This document shows positions 9,230 to 17,386 of a stretch of DNA of 32,000 nucleotides, in pieces. Position 1 is the first letter of the stretch. Every line of letters begins with the position of its first letter. Source of the stretch: Candidatus Electronema halotolerans (GTDB lineage: Bacteria > Desulfobacterota > Desulfobulbia > Desulfobulbales > Desulfobulbaceae); contig OW818675.1 in assembly GCA_942493095.1 (NCBI GenBank), positions 2,490,001 to 2,522,000 on the forward strand. Direction: 5' to 3'. A model generated the notes under the pieces. The model saw only the letters and a program-made list of their open reading frames with translations, was not told where the DNA came from and searched no databases. The position numbers were made by a program, and so were the translations under genes.

Positions 9230-10315
9230 TCACCCTGTTGAGTGTTGTTTTTCAATCACGACCATGCTGAAGACCTCTTTCAGCGTCCAAATATGGTCTG
9301 TCAAGTCCGCCGCCATAGCCGGTGTGCGCGGCAGCCATTTCAGCCCTGAGTTTTCGTCAGCATTCAGCCTCAAAGTTTTCAGCGGTTTGATGAAATTATA
9401 ATACATATCCTCCAGTGCGGCGGCGGCTTTATGCATGTCAATGTTCTTGGAGAAAGCGATGCCTTTCCGAGTCAGGCGGCTGCTGAAAGTCCGCATGGTT
9501 AGATGGCTGCGTTCAATATAGGCCGTGCTTTTTCCAAAGATTTTATCAAGTTCTCTCATGCTCCCATGCACCGCCTTGCGCCGTGTGCCGAGAAAATTCC
9601 CCTTCTCATCCCGCTGCTTGATGATTTGCAAATATTTCCATCCGGGTTGAGGCCGCTTTTTCGAGGGAGGTGAATATTCAGGAACTTTTCCAAAAATTTC
9701 CAGCATCACCTCCCGGATGCCGCCCCAGCCGTCTGAAACTGTCGGCGGCGGGCCGTCGGAATGCCCGCGTTCCTTGAGCTGCCGGAAGACGGCGGCGGAA
9801 GCTTCCGTCTCCGATTTGCCGAATCCCCGCCCGGCACGCAGGCGGCTGTCCATGTCCATCATCGTCGAACGGAAAAACTGGCCGCTCGCCTCAGTTTCCG
9901 CAGTCCTTTTTTTTTCGCCCTTATTCTTCACATAAGACCATAAGCCGTCAAGCTGGCCCCGGCTGATGCGGAATTCGGAAAGAAGAACATTTTCAACAGC
10001 TTCAACATGCTCGGCTGCTTCCGTCAGCCAAGCGGCGACTGTGTCTTCCTTGTGCCCTTTCACCCGGCTCACGCTGCTGATCCGTGATCCTTCCGCAAGC
10101 AGTGCAAGACACTCAACAATTTCAGCATCCTCCGTCCGGCGGCGATAAAATATCGTCCCTCGCGTCGCAGTGAACGTTCTTCCGCAACTCAGGCATTTAA
10201 AACGCTGAACGCCTGCACGAGTGCGGCCATATCTGATAATTCGACCGTCAAGCTGCTCATAATCAGAACAGGCGGGGTTCGGACAAAAACTGCCGACTTT
10301 CGCAAGTTCAGCCAT
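9230..10315 (-). CDS. IS1-family transposase (single ORF, zinc-finger N-terminus)
   Basis: CPNPACSDY...FKCLSCGRTF zinc finger, LWSYVKNKG, DGWGGI, YIERSHLTMRTFSSRLTRKGIAFSKNIDMH...YYNF resemble IS1 InsAB. ATG at 10315 preceded by aaggagg. Confidence 0.8.
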   Translation of the reverse strand: MAELAKVGSFCPNPACSDYEQLDGRIIRYGRTRAGVQRFKCLSCGRTFTATRGTIFYRRRTEDAEIVECLALLAEGSRISSVSRVKGHKEDTVAAWLTEAAEHVEAVENVLLSEFRISRGQLDGLWSYVKNKGEKKRTAETEASGQFFRSTMMDMDSRLRAGRGFGKSETEASAAVFRQLKERGHSDGPPPTVSDGWGGIREVMLEIFGKVPEYSPPSKKRPQPGWKYLQIIKQRDEKGNFLGTRRKAVHGSMRELDKIFGKSTAYIERSHLTMRTFSSRLTRKGIAFSKNIDMHKAAAALEDMYYNFIKPLKTLRLNADENSGLKWLPRTPAMAADLTDHIWTLKEVFSMVVIEKQHSTG

Positions 10316-11334
10316 CTTTTCCTCCTTCTTTGAAATAGTTGACACACACAGAAGGATAAATGTCAAGACCCGGATGATTGCATTCCGGATTTTTAAACAA
10401 ATCAGGATGTGTTTTTCTCCATTTGTCAAGCGCCTCTGCCGGCGTGACATGGCCGAGGTTTCTTTGAGGAATATTGCAGTTATAGATATTCAGATACTGA
10501 ATCAAAGTCTCTTCAAGCTGCTGGGCGGAGTCAAAACGGGTCTGCTGAACAACTTCTTGAATCCTGCCGTTGAAGCGTTCAACCATGCCGTTTGTCTGCG
10601 GCTTTTTCGGTTTGATCAAGCGATGCTCAATACCGTGCTCCGCGCATTCCTGATCGAAGATATGGTTTCCAGTCGGCTTCCGTTCGCCTGTCGGACAGAA
10701 ACGGTCAGTGAACTCCTTGCCGTTATCAGTGAGAATCTTAGAGATGAGAAAAGGAGCCTTCTTGACGAGATTCTTCAAAAAAGAACGGGCTGCCTCCGCT
10801 GTCTTCGAGTCGTGAATTTCCATATAAACCCATCTGGTCGCCCTGTCAACCGCGACAGACAAATATTTCCTGCTTTCTTCATCCGGCATCTTCGGGAGGT
10901 ATTTGCATGTCGGCATGAATAAAGCCCGGTTTGTAATCCTTGAATGTTTTCGCAGAGTTTTCCTGTTTGTCCTCCTTGGATATCAGGTCTTTCAGGTTTG
11001 AAACCCCGTGCCGTCTAAGGCAGCGGTCAAGGGCGGAACGAGACATCTTAGAAAATAAAAATTTCCGCACAACAACAAGGAGATCGTCTATAGGAAGCAG
11101 CAGCGATGTCCGCAATTCAATCACAATCTCCTCTTGGAAGGCTGTGAGGCTCGTGTTCAAATTATGCGGCGTATGCGAATAATCTTCAACAGTATCGCGA
11201 TGTTTCCATTTGCGGACTGTATCCCTGCTGATGCCGTATTTAGCGGCGAGCTTCCGTTCAGAGAGTGTTGACTGCTGAATTTCACGGCGAATTGCAGGGG
11301 TTGTCCGTGCTCTTTTATGCAGTGTGATGTTCAT
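10308..11334 (-). pseudogene. IS481-family (rve integrase core) transposase, disrupted by a 1-nt frameshift
   Basis: The N-terminal HTH part (10879-11334) ends ..KPGFIHADM. The C-terminal rve part (10308-10916) starts ..CKYLPKMPDEE. Deleting one base near 10906 gives ADIKYLPKM. The reading frame stays open through the IS end, so the stop lies in flanking DNA. Confidence 0.75.
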
Positions 11335-11441
11335 GATGACAAACCGGGCTGTTCATGTTCTGACAATATCTCGCTGATCCGCTCCCGCGCTCGGAACAAC
11401 GGCCAGCTCCTTCTCGGTATATTATCATACGGGGCTTGACA
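10361..11441 (-). mobile_element. IS481-like insertion sequence (1081 bp) nested in the IS1-like element
   Basis: Imperfect IRs tgtcaagacccggatgat (10361-) and atcatacggggcttgaca (-11441). 6-bp direct duplication gataaa at 10355-10360 and 11442-11447. Confidence 0.8.
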
Positions 11442-11655
11442 GATAAACAATTATTCAACAACTCTCAAGAGGGAGACCGCCTAATTTCATCAAACCGCTG
11501 AAAACTTTGAGGCTGAATGCTGACGAAAACTCAGGGCTGAAATGGCTGCCGCGCACACCGGCTATGGCGGCGGACTTGACAGACCATATTTGGACGCTGA
11601 AAGAGGTCTTCAGCATGGTCGTGATTGAAAAACAACACTCAACAGGGTGACGACC

Positions 11656-11787
11656 TCTTTTTGCTTCTTCAAGAATTGGCCGAAATATTTCCCAGTCAAT
11701 AGCCTTGTTGATCTTAACTAAAGGATCACCTGCTTTGTCAATTCGGGAAAGACGAATATAAAAATCAAAAAATCCAAGTTGGTTCAT
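11656..11787 (-). pseudogene. N-terminal fragment of an IS5/IS1182-like transposase (DUF772-type), truncated at the IS1-like arm
   Basis: MNQLGFFDFYIRLSRIDKAGDPLVKINKAIDWEIFRPILEEAK is a typical InsH-type N-terminal region. The ORF then runs into the 174-bp arm. Confidence 0.6.
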
Positions 11788-11916
11788 CTGTGCATCTCCG
11801 GCAGCATGAGTTGAATTGATGCCGAAATTATAACATAATAGACTGAAATTTCAATATTAAAATAAAAAATAACAAAACAAATGCAGCAGAATGGATGTTG
11901 TATTTTTCGAGGAACC

Positions 11917-12034
11917 CTTTACGGAGTAGTTGTCTCAGTAATGCTAACCAATCGGTATCACATAATTTTTGAGACAGCAACACTCAACAGGGGCACCACC
12001 CAATTTTGTCAACCACAGAAAAACTCGGAGAGCC
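11917..12034 (-). repeat. L-module repeat, copy 3 (upstream of the IS5/IS1182-like stub)
   Basis: The reverse complement matches 15259-15376 with a few substitutions and ends in ...ctcggagagcc at 12034. Confidence 0.8.
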
Positions 12035-12174
12035 TTATTTTCTCTTAGTTAGCGACAAAAGCAAAGTTGTGACACTCCCGTAACTGCCTTTTCTTGCAAC
12101 CAAAAAAAGTTGCACTTGGAACTTGAATTCACCAAAAGCACTGGAATTACAACCCCGGAAATTATCGGAGAGCC
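12035..12174 (+). repeat. R-module repeat, copy 1
   Basis: ttattttctcttagttagcgacaaaagcaaagttgtgacactcccgtaactgcc...ggaaattatcggagagcc is nearly identical to 17240-17378. Confidence 0.8.
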
Positions 12175-12190
12175 AAAAAATACAGCTTCA

Positions 12191-13492
12191 CTATACGGTA
12201 TCAGCAGTGTCTGGTTAGTTTTTTGCAAGCGAATCTGTGAACAACAGACTGTCCGCTTGACAGCGTGACCGTGAGGTTTCATTATCTTCCTGTAATCAAC
12301 AATAACAGGGAGATGTCCGGTGAAGCCGCTTGTTGTGAAGAAAAAAATCACGTCCCGAACGTATGATGAGTTCTGTCTGCCTCTGCGCGATATTTTGCGC
12401 AGCACTCCTGTGTTGAAGTCACGGGGAGACCGGCCTTTGCAAATGACGTTCGAGCATCAGCTCAATGCCCTGATCTGGTTTCATTTGCAGGAGCATGATT
12501 CGGCGCGGCATCTTGTTTCCGATCTCAACAGGAATGACTTTGCGAAGGAATTCATTGCGCCGGATGGAGGCATCAGCCGGAGCAGTTTTTCAGAAGCTGT
12601 TAATAATCGGGGACTTGAGCAGCTTCAGCATGTTTTCAATGAACTCTCAAAGCAGGCCCGCGCAACGCTTCCGGCTGACTTTCAGGCACTCGGCGAGCTT
12701 GTCGCAATCGACGGCTCGCTGATTGATACGGTTCTTTCCATGCACTGGGCTGATTACAGGAAAAAATCCAAGAAAGCCAAGGGTCATTTCGGGTTCGATA
12801 TCAACCGGGGCATTCCGACCGGATTCCATTTGACTGAAGGCAAGGCGGGAGAGCGTCCTTTTGTCGAGCAAATTCTCGCCGCAGGGCAGACAGGAGTGAT
12901 GGACAGGGGGTATCAATCTCATATTCTGTTCGATTCGCTTCAAAAAGCGGGAAAAAATTTTGTCTGCCGCATCAAAGCCTGCACAATAAAGAGTATTATC
13001 AAAGAAAATTGCGTCAAACCGGGCAGCAATGTCTTTCAAGATTCATCGGCGCATCTCGGCACGGCAAAAAATCGGACCGAGTTGCCGGTTCGGGTCATCG
13101 GGTATCTGGTTGAAGGAGTAAAATATTATGTCGCAACGAACAGGTTTGATCTGACAGCGGAACAGGTTGCGGAAATTTATAAGCTGCGCTGGAATATCGA
13201 AACGTTTTTCAATTGGTGGAAACAGCATCTGCATGTTTATCATCTGATTGCCCGAAGCAGATACGGTCTCACTGTTCAGATGCTCGGCGGATTGATCACA
13301 TACCTGTTAATGGCAATGTATTGCCGGAAAAACTTCAATGAACAAGTTTCTGTTCAAAATATCAGACTGATACGGTCAAATATTCAGAATGAATTAATGG
13401 CGGCTGGACGAAATAACAGCGGAACTTACTCCACGACATCCAGCGTAAAATTTTATGCAAAAACCTAACCGGACACTACTGATACGGTATAG
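12191..13492 (+). mobile_element. IS4-family insertion sequence (1302 bp)
   Basis: 28-bp imperfect IRs (25/28): ctatacggtatcagcagtgtctggttag (12191-12218) and ctaaccggacactactgatacggtatag (13465-13492). No target duplication is visible. Confidence 0.75.
12320..13468 (+). CDS. IS4-family DDE transposase
   Basis: LVAIDGS, VMDRGY and YKLRWNIETFFNWWKQHL are IS4-type DDE/YREK motifs. GTG start at 12320 after gggag. Confidence 0.85.
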   Translation: MKPLVVKKKITSRTYDEFCLPLRDILRSTPVLKSRGDRPLQMTFEHQLNALIWFHLQEHDSARHLVSDLNRNDFAKEFIAPDGGISRSSFSEAVNNRGLEQLQHVFNELSKQARATLPADFQALGELVAIDGSLIDTVLSMHWADYRKKSKKAKGHFGFDINRGIPTGFHLTEGKAGERPFVEQILAAGQTGVMDRGYQSHILFDSLQKAGKNFVCRIKACTIKSIIKENCVKPGSNVFQDSSAHLGTAKNRTELPVRVIGYLVEGVKYYVATNRFDLTAEQVAEIYKLRWNIETFFNWWKQHLHVYHLIARSRYGLTVQMLGGLITYLLMAMYCRKNFNEQVSVQNIRLIRSNIQNELMAAGRNNSGTYSTTSSVKFYAKT

Positions 13493-13586
13493 CCTATCTT
13501 GTTGTTTATATTATTTATTATTATTTCAGCAAGTTTGCTTTTGTTGTTTTTTATTAGGAATAATAATCATTTGAAGTTTTTTTTTG

Positions 13587-13615
13587 TTGCAAGTTCCAAT
13601 GCTGTTCTGTATTAT
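13587..13615 (+). promoter_or_regulatory. sigma70-like promoter of the vWA gene
   Basis: TTGCAA (13587-13592), 17-nt spacer, TATTAT (13610-13615), in a very AT-rich leader. Confidence 0.45.
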
Positions 13616-13655
13616 GGATGAAATAATTAACTCTCAAGTCAACTTAGGAGGAGAT

Positions 13656-15206
13656 ATGAAAAAAGTGTACGTGTCATACAGCGTGGTTGCCTGCTTTCTG
13701 TTGGCCCAGCCTGTGTTAGCGCAAGAAAAGCCGACACCGACGCTTGAGCCGACAACCGTGTCCGCAACACTGGCCGCAGGAGAAAGCCTGCCGGAGCACA
13801 AAACGCTTACGCTGCCCGAATCCGTGATGCCGCCCCGCGCTGACATTATTTTTGTTATGGATTTGACAGGAAGCATGTGGGGGGCACTTAATCAGGTTAA
13901 AGCAGGCGCGGTTGATATGATGAACAAAATCGCTGCGGAAATTCCAGATGTGCGGTTCGGTGTCATCAGTCATATGGACTATCCTGGCTCATATTCCGGG
14001 TGCGGTTATAGTTCCCCCTATGGAAGTAGTTCTGATGTTCCTTACCAACTTAACCAAAGTTTGACGACCGATAAACCGGCTGTGCAGGCAGCCATTAACA
14101 GTTTAGCATTAGGCAGCGGGGCTGATGGGCCGGAAGATTATACTCGTGCTCTCTATGAAGCCTACGCAGATGCCAGTATAGGCTGGAGAGACGATGCCAA
14201 AAAAATCGTTGTCTTTTGGAATGATAACATTCCGCATTCATGCGGCTGGCCAGATGCCTGTCCAAGTTTTTCAACAGGACCTGATCCGGGCCGAGACGGC
14301 GTAGCCGGAACAGCAGATGACTTGGAGCTTGATACTGTTCTGAATGGTCTTGCTGATAATAATGTCACTTTGATTACACTGCATAGCGGCAGTTATATCG
14401 ACGCTTGGGAGTGCTACAGTCAGAAAACCGGCGGCGATGCTTTCAAGCTTAATTGGGATGGCACCCCGCCGGAGGGAACAGATGTGCCAACCTATGTCAC
14501 AGGTTTGATCACAGAAGAGGCGAAGCATATAGACAGCATGACCATAAAGACATGCACGGATGGTTTTGAAAGTTGGCTCACGTCAGTTGAACCGCCCGCC
14601 TATAATGATTTGAATCTCGACCATGAGATGCAGTTTGATTATGACATAAACTTCACCGTGCCTGAAGGGACAGAACCGGGAAGATATGTATTCTCAGTCT
14701 GCGCAAATGGAGATGGGGCCAAATATGCAGGCCAAAGCGTGATTATTGAGGTGCCTAAGCCCTTGATTGAGGTGCCTGTTGATATTAATCCTGCTTTGTG
14801 CCCAAATACTGTCAAACTGACTTCCCGTGGCGTTATTTCTGTCGCCATTCTTGGAACGGCTGATTTTGACGTTGCAGATATAGACCCTGCAACTGTATCT
14901 ATATCTGGTGTCAAACCTATTCGTTGGTCAATAAAAGATGTTGCAACTCCTTATTCTCCTTTCACTGGAAAAAGCGACAGGATGGACTGCACCACAGACG
15001 GACCTGACGGATATAATGATTTGACATTGGATTTCAGCACCAAGGACTTGATTCCTGTCTTCGGCAATGTTGCAGACAGGGATGTTGTAACGCTTAAGGT
15101 TGACGGTAAATTGTATGATGCCACAGCCATAGCAGGTGAAGACGTGGTTATTGTGCTCAAGGTTAATGTGCTTGATTATGCGGTTCCTGTGCGCAGAACC
15201 AGATAA
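13656..15206 (+). CDS. secreted von Willebrand factor A (vWA) domain protein
   Basis: RBS aggaggag. Signal peptide VVACFLLAQPVLAQE. MIDAS-type IIFVMDLTGSM, followed by an alpha/beta region (GADGPEDY). C-terminal beta-rich region of unknown family. Confidence 0.8.
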   Translation: MKKVYVSYSVVACFLLAQPVLAQEKPTPTLEPTTVSATLAAGESLPEHKTLTLPESVMPPRADIIFVMDLTGSMWGALNQVKAGAVDMMNKIAAEIPDVRFGVISHMDYPGSYSGCGYSSPYGSSSDVPYQLNQSLTTDKPAVQAAINSLALGSGADGPEDYTRALYEAYADASIGWRDDAKKIVVFWNDNIPHSCGWPDACPSFSTGPDPGRDGVAGTADDLELDTVLNGLADNNVTLITLHSGSYIDAWECYSQKTGGDAFKLNWDGTPPEGTDVPTYVTGLITEEAKHIDSMTIKTCTDGFESWLTSVEPPAYNDLNLDHEMQFDYDINFTVPEGTEPGRYVFSVCANGDGAKYAGQSVIIEVPKPLIEVPVDINPALCPNTVKLTSRGVISVAILGTADFDVADIDPATVSISGVKPIRWSIKDVATPYSPFTGKSDRMDCTTDGPDGYNDLTLDFSTKDLIPVFGNVADRDVVTLKVDGKLYDATAIAGEDVVIVLKVNVLDYAVPVRRTR

Positions 15207-15227
15207 GACAACGGGTTGATTCTTCAA

Positions 15228-15258
15228 GAGGGGACGAATGGTTCGTCCCCTCTTTTTT
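15228..15258 (+). terminator. rho-independent terminator (probably bidirectional before the MITE inserted)
   Basis: Perfect 11-bp stem gaggggacgaa / ttcgtcccctc, 3-nt loop, T6. Confidence 0.8.
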
Positions 15259-15432
15259 GGCTCTCCGAGTTTTTCTGTGGTTGACAAAATCGGGTGGTGC
15301 CCCTGTTGAGTGTTGCTGTCTCGAAAATTATGTGATACCGATTGGTTAGCATTACTGAGACAACTACTCCGTAAAGTGAGTTGTGGATTCAACTCGCAAG
15401 TACAACTTTTTTTGGTAACTACTCAGCCTGAC

Positions 15433-15469
15433 AAAAAAGGCCGTTTTCAGAAGTGCTGAAGACGGCCTT
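15433..15469 (-). terminator. terminator of the IS66 transposase inside the element (the same structure occurs at 20342-20378)
   Basis: On the minus strand: aaggccgt ... acggcctt stem followed by a T run. Confidence 0.5.
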
Positions 15470-15478
15470 ACTCGTTTT

Positions 15479-16987
15479 TTATACTGCGGAATCGGGGATA
15501 AAAGGACTTCCAAGGAAAGCATCTTTGATCGCTTCAAAAATGTTTCTTGAATTTTTACGGACCGTGGAGATATATCCCCGGATACAGGCGAATCGTTCTG
15601 CCCCCTCAAGTGTTCGGAAGCAGCCGGAAACCTTCTGCTTGACCTTGATCATCCGCACATCTCTTTCCGCCGCGTTGTTGTCGAACGGAACCCGGAAATC
15701 ATACATGAATGCGAGGGTCTCCGCCCTGTAATCACGCATCCGTGTCAGCAAATTGAGCGGCGGAGTCTTCTTCACCCGTCCTCGTTTTTTCTCCTTAGGC
15801 GGAGTGAACGGATTGTCGGCAAAACCCCGTCGGACGATTTCATCATACCGCCGCTCAAATTCTTCGATCTTCTCCGGCGCGAAGCCGTCCCGATCCGGCT
15901 TCAGCTTTTCAGCCGCGCCTTTTATTTCAAGCAGCAGCTCGGCCATCTCGCCGGCCCAAACTTGTCCGTACTGTTTTTCTATGAACTTGAGTTCCCGGAG
16001 ATGATGCGCATTGCACAGCGCATGACCGCAGTTTTCATAGCTGAAGTACGATTTCCAATGATCATGCGTCGCTGTTCCTGTGAACTTTCCAAGGATTCCC
16101 GCTGCGTCCATCGCCTCTTTTCCCCGTTTTTCATGCACCGAATAATGGGTGAGGCAGTTCGTCGAAGCGACATGCAGCCAGTGCAGCTTCCCTTTCACGC
16201 GGACTCCGCTTTCATCGGCATGTAACACATCGGTATTCATGAGCAGTTTTTCGACTGCTTCCGTTGAAGGACGCACGCATCCGCAAAGCTCTTCCGATGC
16301 CTTCAGCAGCGAACCCTCGGAGACGGAATGCCCGGTCAGGTCTTCGATAATCTGCGCAGCCCGTTCAAGCGGAATATGATGCTGGTTCGCGAAATATGCC
16401 GCCCAAGTTTTCACCCCCGTGCCGTAACGGATGCCCTGTCCGACGTTTTCCGGGAATTTGCCTCTGTTTTCCGTGCCGCAGCCGGGACAGATTTTTATTT
16501 CCGCTCGATGCGAGGTCACTTCAATCCGAATCGCCGGAATATCATAAACCTGCCGTTCCTCCTCTCCGACAGCGACGACATCCGCAAGCGACATTTTGCA
16601 AGCCGCGCATTCCTCGGATTTATACCTCTCCGTAGAATCCGGCGCCGCAGACCGCTCAAGAGTATGCCCTTGATGACCTGGCTGGCCGCCGTTCGGCTTC
16701 CTGCCGGACTCTCTCAGACTTTCCGTTCGCTTCGCTTTACCGTATCCATCGCTCGAAGGCGGTTTCCCGCTGTTCCGACTGTTTTTCGACAGCCGGGCCT
16801 GCAAATCCTTCAATATCTCGGACTGCTTGGCTGACTGAGCGGCGAGGTTTTCAACCTGCGCAGTTATACTGCTAAACAGGGCGACGACTGCTTCTTCGCC
16901 TTCTGCGTATGCAGCACGGACTTCTTTTTCACTAGGAACACTGAAATTCATAACGGCAGCATAATCTTTACCTGTTGATTTTGTCAA
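15479..16987 (-). CDS. IS66-family transposase (single-ORF type)
   Basis: Leucine-zipper-like N-terminus, CPGCG zinc motif, HADESGVRVKGK.HWLHV, HDHW..Y, CNAHHLRE. The start is uncertain: TTG at 16987 or ATG at 16951. Confidence 0.85.
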   Translation of the reverse strand: MTKSTGKDYAAVMNFSVPSEKEVRAAYAEGEEAVVALFSSITAQVENLAAQSAKQSEILKDLQARLSKNSRNSGKPPSSDGYGKAKRTESLRESGRKPNGGQPGHQGHTLERSAAPDSTERYKSEECAACKMSLADVVAVGEEERQVYDIPAIRIEVTSHRAEIKICPGCGTENRGKFPENVGQGIRYGTGVKTWAAYFANQHHIPLERAAQIIEDLTGHSVSEGSLLKASEELCGCVRPSTEAVEKLLMNTDVLHADESGVRVKGKLHWLHVASTNCLTHYSVHEKRGKEAMDAAGILGKFTGTATHDHWKSYFSYENCGHALCNAHHLRELKFIEKQYGQVWAGEMAELLLEIKGAAEKLKPDRDGFAPEKIEEFERRYDEIVRRGFADNPFTPPKEKKRGRVKKTPPLNLLTRMRDYRAETLAFMYDFRVPFDNNAAERDVRMIKVKQKVSGCFRTLEGAERFACIRGYISTVRKNSRNIFEAIKDAFLGSPFIPDSAV

Positions 16988-17175
16988 GAGGCTTGGCGGA
17001 TGCCTGAGTAGTTACCTGCGCAGTTATACTGCTAAACAGGGCGACGACTGCTTCTTCGCCTTCTGCGTATGCAGCACGGACTTCTTTTTCACTAGGAACA
17101 CTGAAATTCATAACGGCAGCATAATCTTTACCTGTTGATTTTGTCAAGAGGCTTGGCGGATGCCTGAGTAGTTAC
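16856..17175. repeat. perfect tandem duplication, 2 x 160 bp, of the IS66-A terminus
   Basis: 16856-17015 and 17016-17175 read identically. Each unit contains the terminal IR and the first roughly 130 nt of the transposase ORF. Confidence 0.9.
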
Positions 17176-17386
17176 TTTTTTTGGTTATCCAAAAAGCATA
17201 GGTTGGCTGGCACTTTGAATACTTCATGTAAATTTTCGATTATTTTCTCTTAGTTAGCGACAAAAGCAAAGTTGTGACACTCCCGTAACTGCCTTTTCTT
17301 GCAACCAAAAAAAGTTGCACTTGGAACTTGAATTCACCAAAAGCCTGGAATTACAACCCCGGAAATTATCGGAGAGCCTCTTTTTT

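Larger units (their letters stand above)
9225..11655 (-). mobile_element. IS1-family-like element with 174-bp perfect inverted arms, interrupted by a nested IS481-like element
   Basis: 9225-9398 is the exact reverse complement of 11482-11655 (checked base by base). About 1344 bp remain once the nested IS and its duplication are removed. The true left terminus may extend to 9191. Confidence 0.7.
15415..17175 (-). mobile_element. IS66-family element copy A, with a duplicated transposase-proximal end
   Basis: Ends gtaactactcag (15415-) and ctgagtagttac (also internally at 17004-17015). 8-bp duplication tttttttg at 15407-15414 and 17176-17183. The core 15415-17015 is 1601 bp. Confidence 0.85.
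15259..17378 (+). mobile_element. non-autonomous MITE-like element (351 bp without the nested IS66)
   Basis: 10-bp terminal IRs ggctctccga (15259-15268) and tcggagagcc (17369-17378). 8-bp direct duplication tctttttt at 15251-15258 and 17379-17386. No ORF once the IS66 is removed. Confidence 0.8.

Noticed and set aside
8994-9401. Short ORFs reading through repeat modules (8994-9233, 9138-9401, 14928-15392, and the C-terminal part of 11455-11787)
   Set aside because: The same translated strings recur only because the DNA repeats recur. They cross element boundaries and lack starts with an RBS.
10316-10450. A 45-aa N-terminal extension of the IS1-family transposase ORF
   Set aside because: It crosses into the nested IS481 element. 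The ATG at 10315 has a strong aaggagg RBS and starts the zinc-finger domain.
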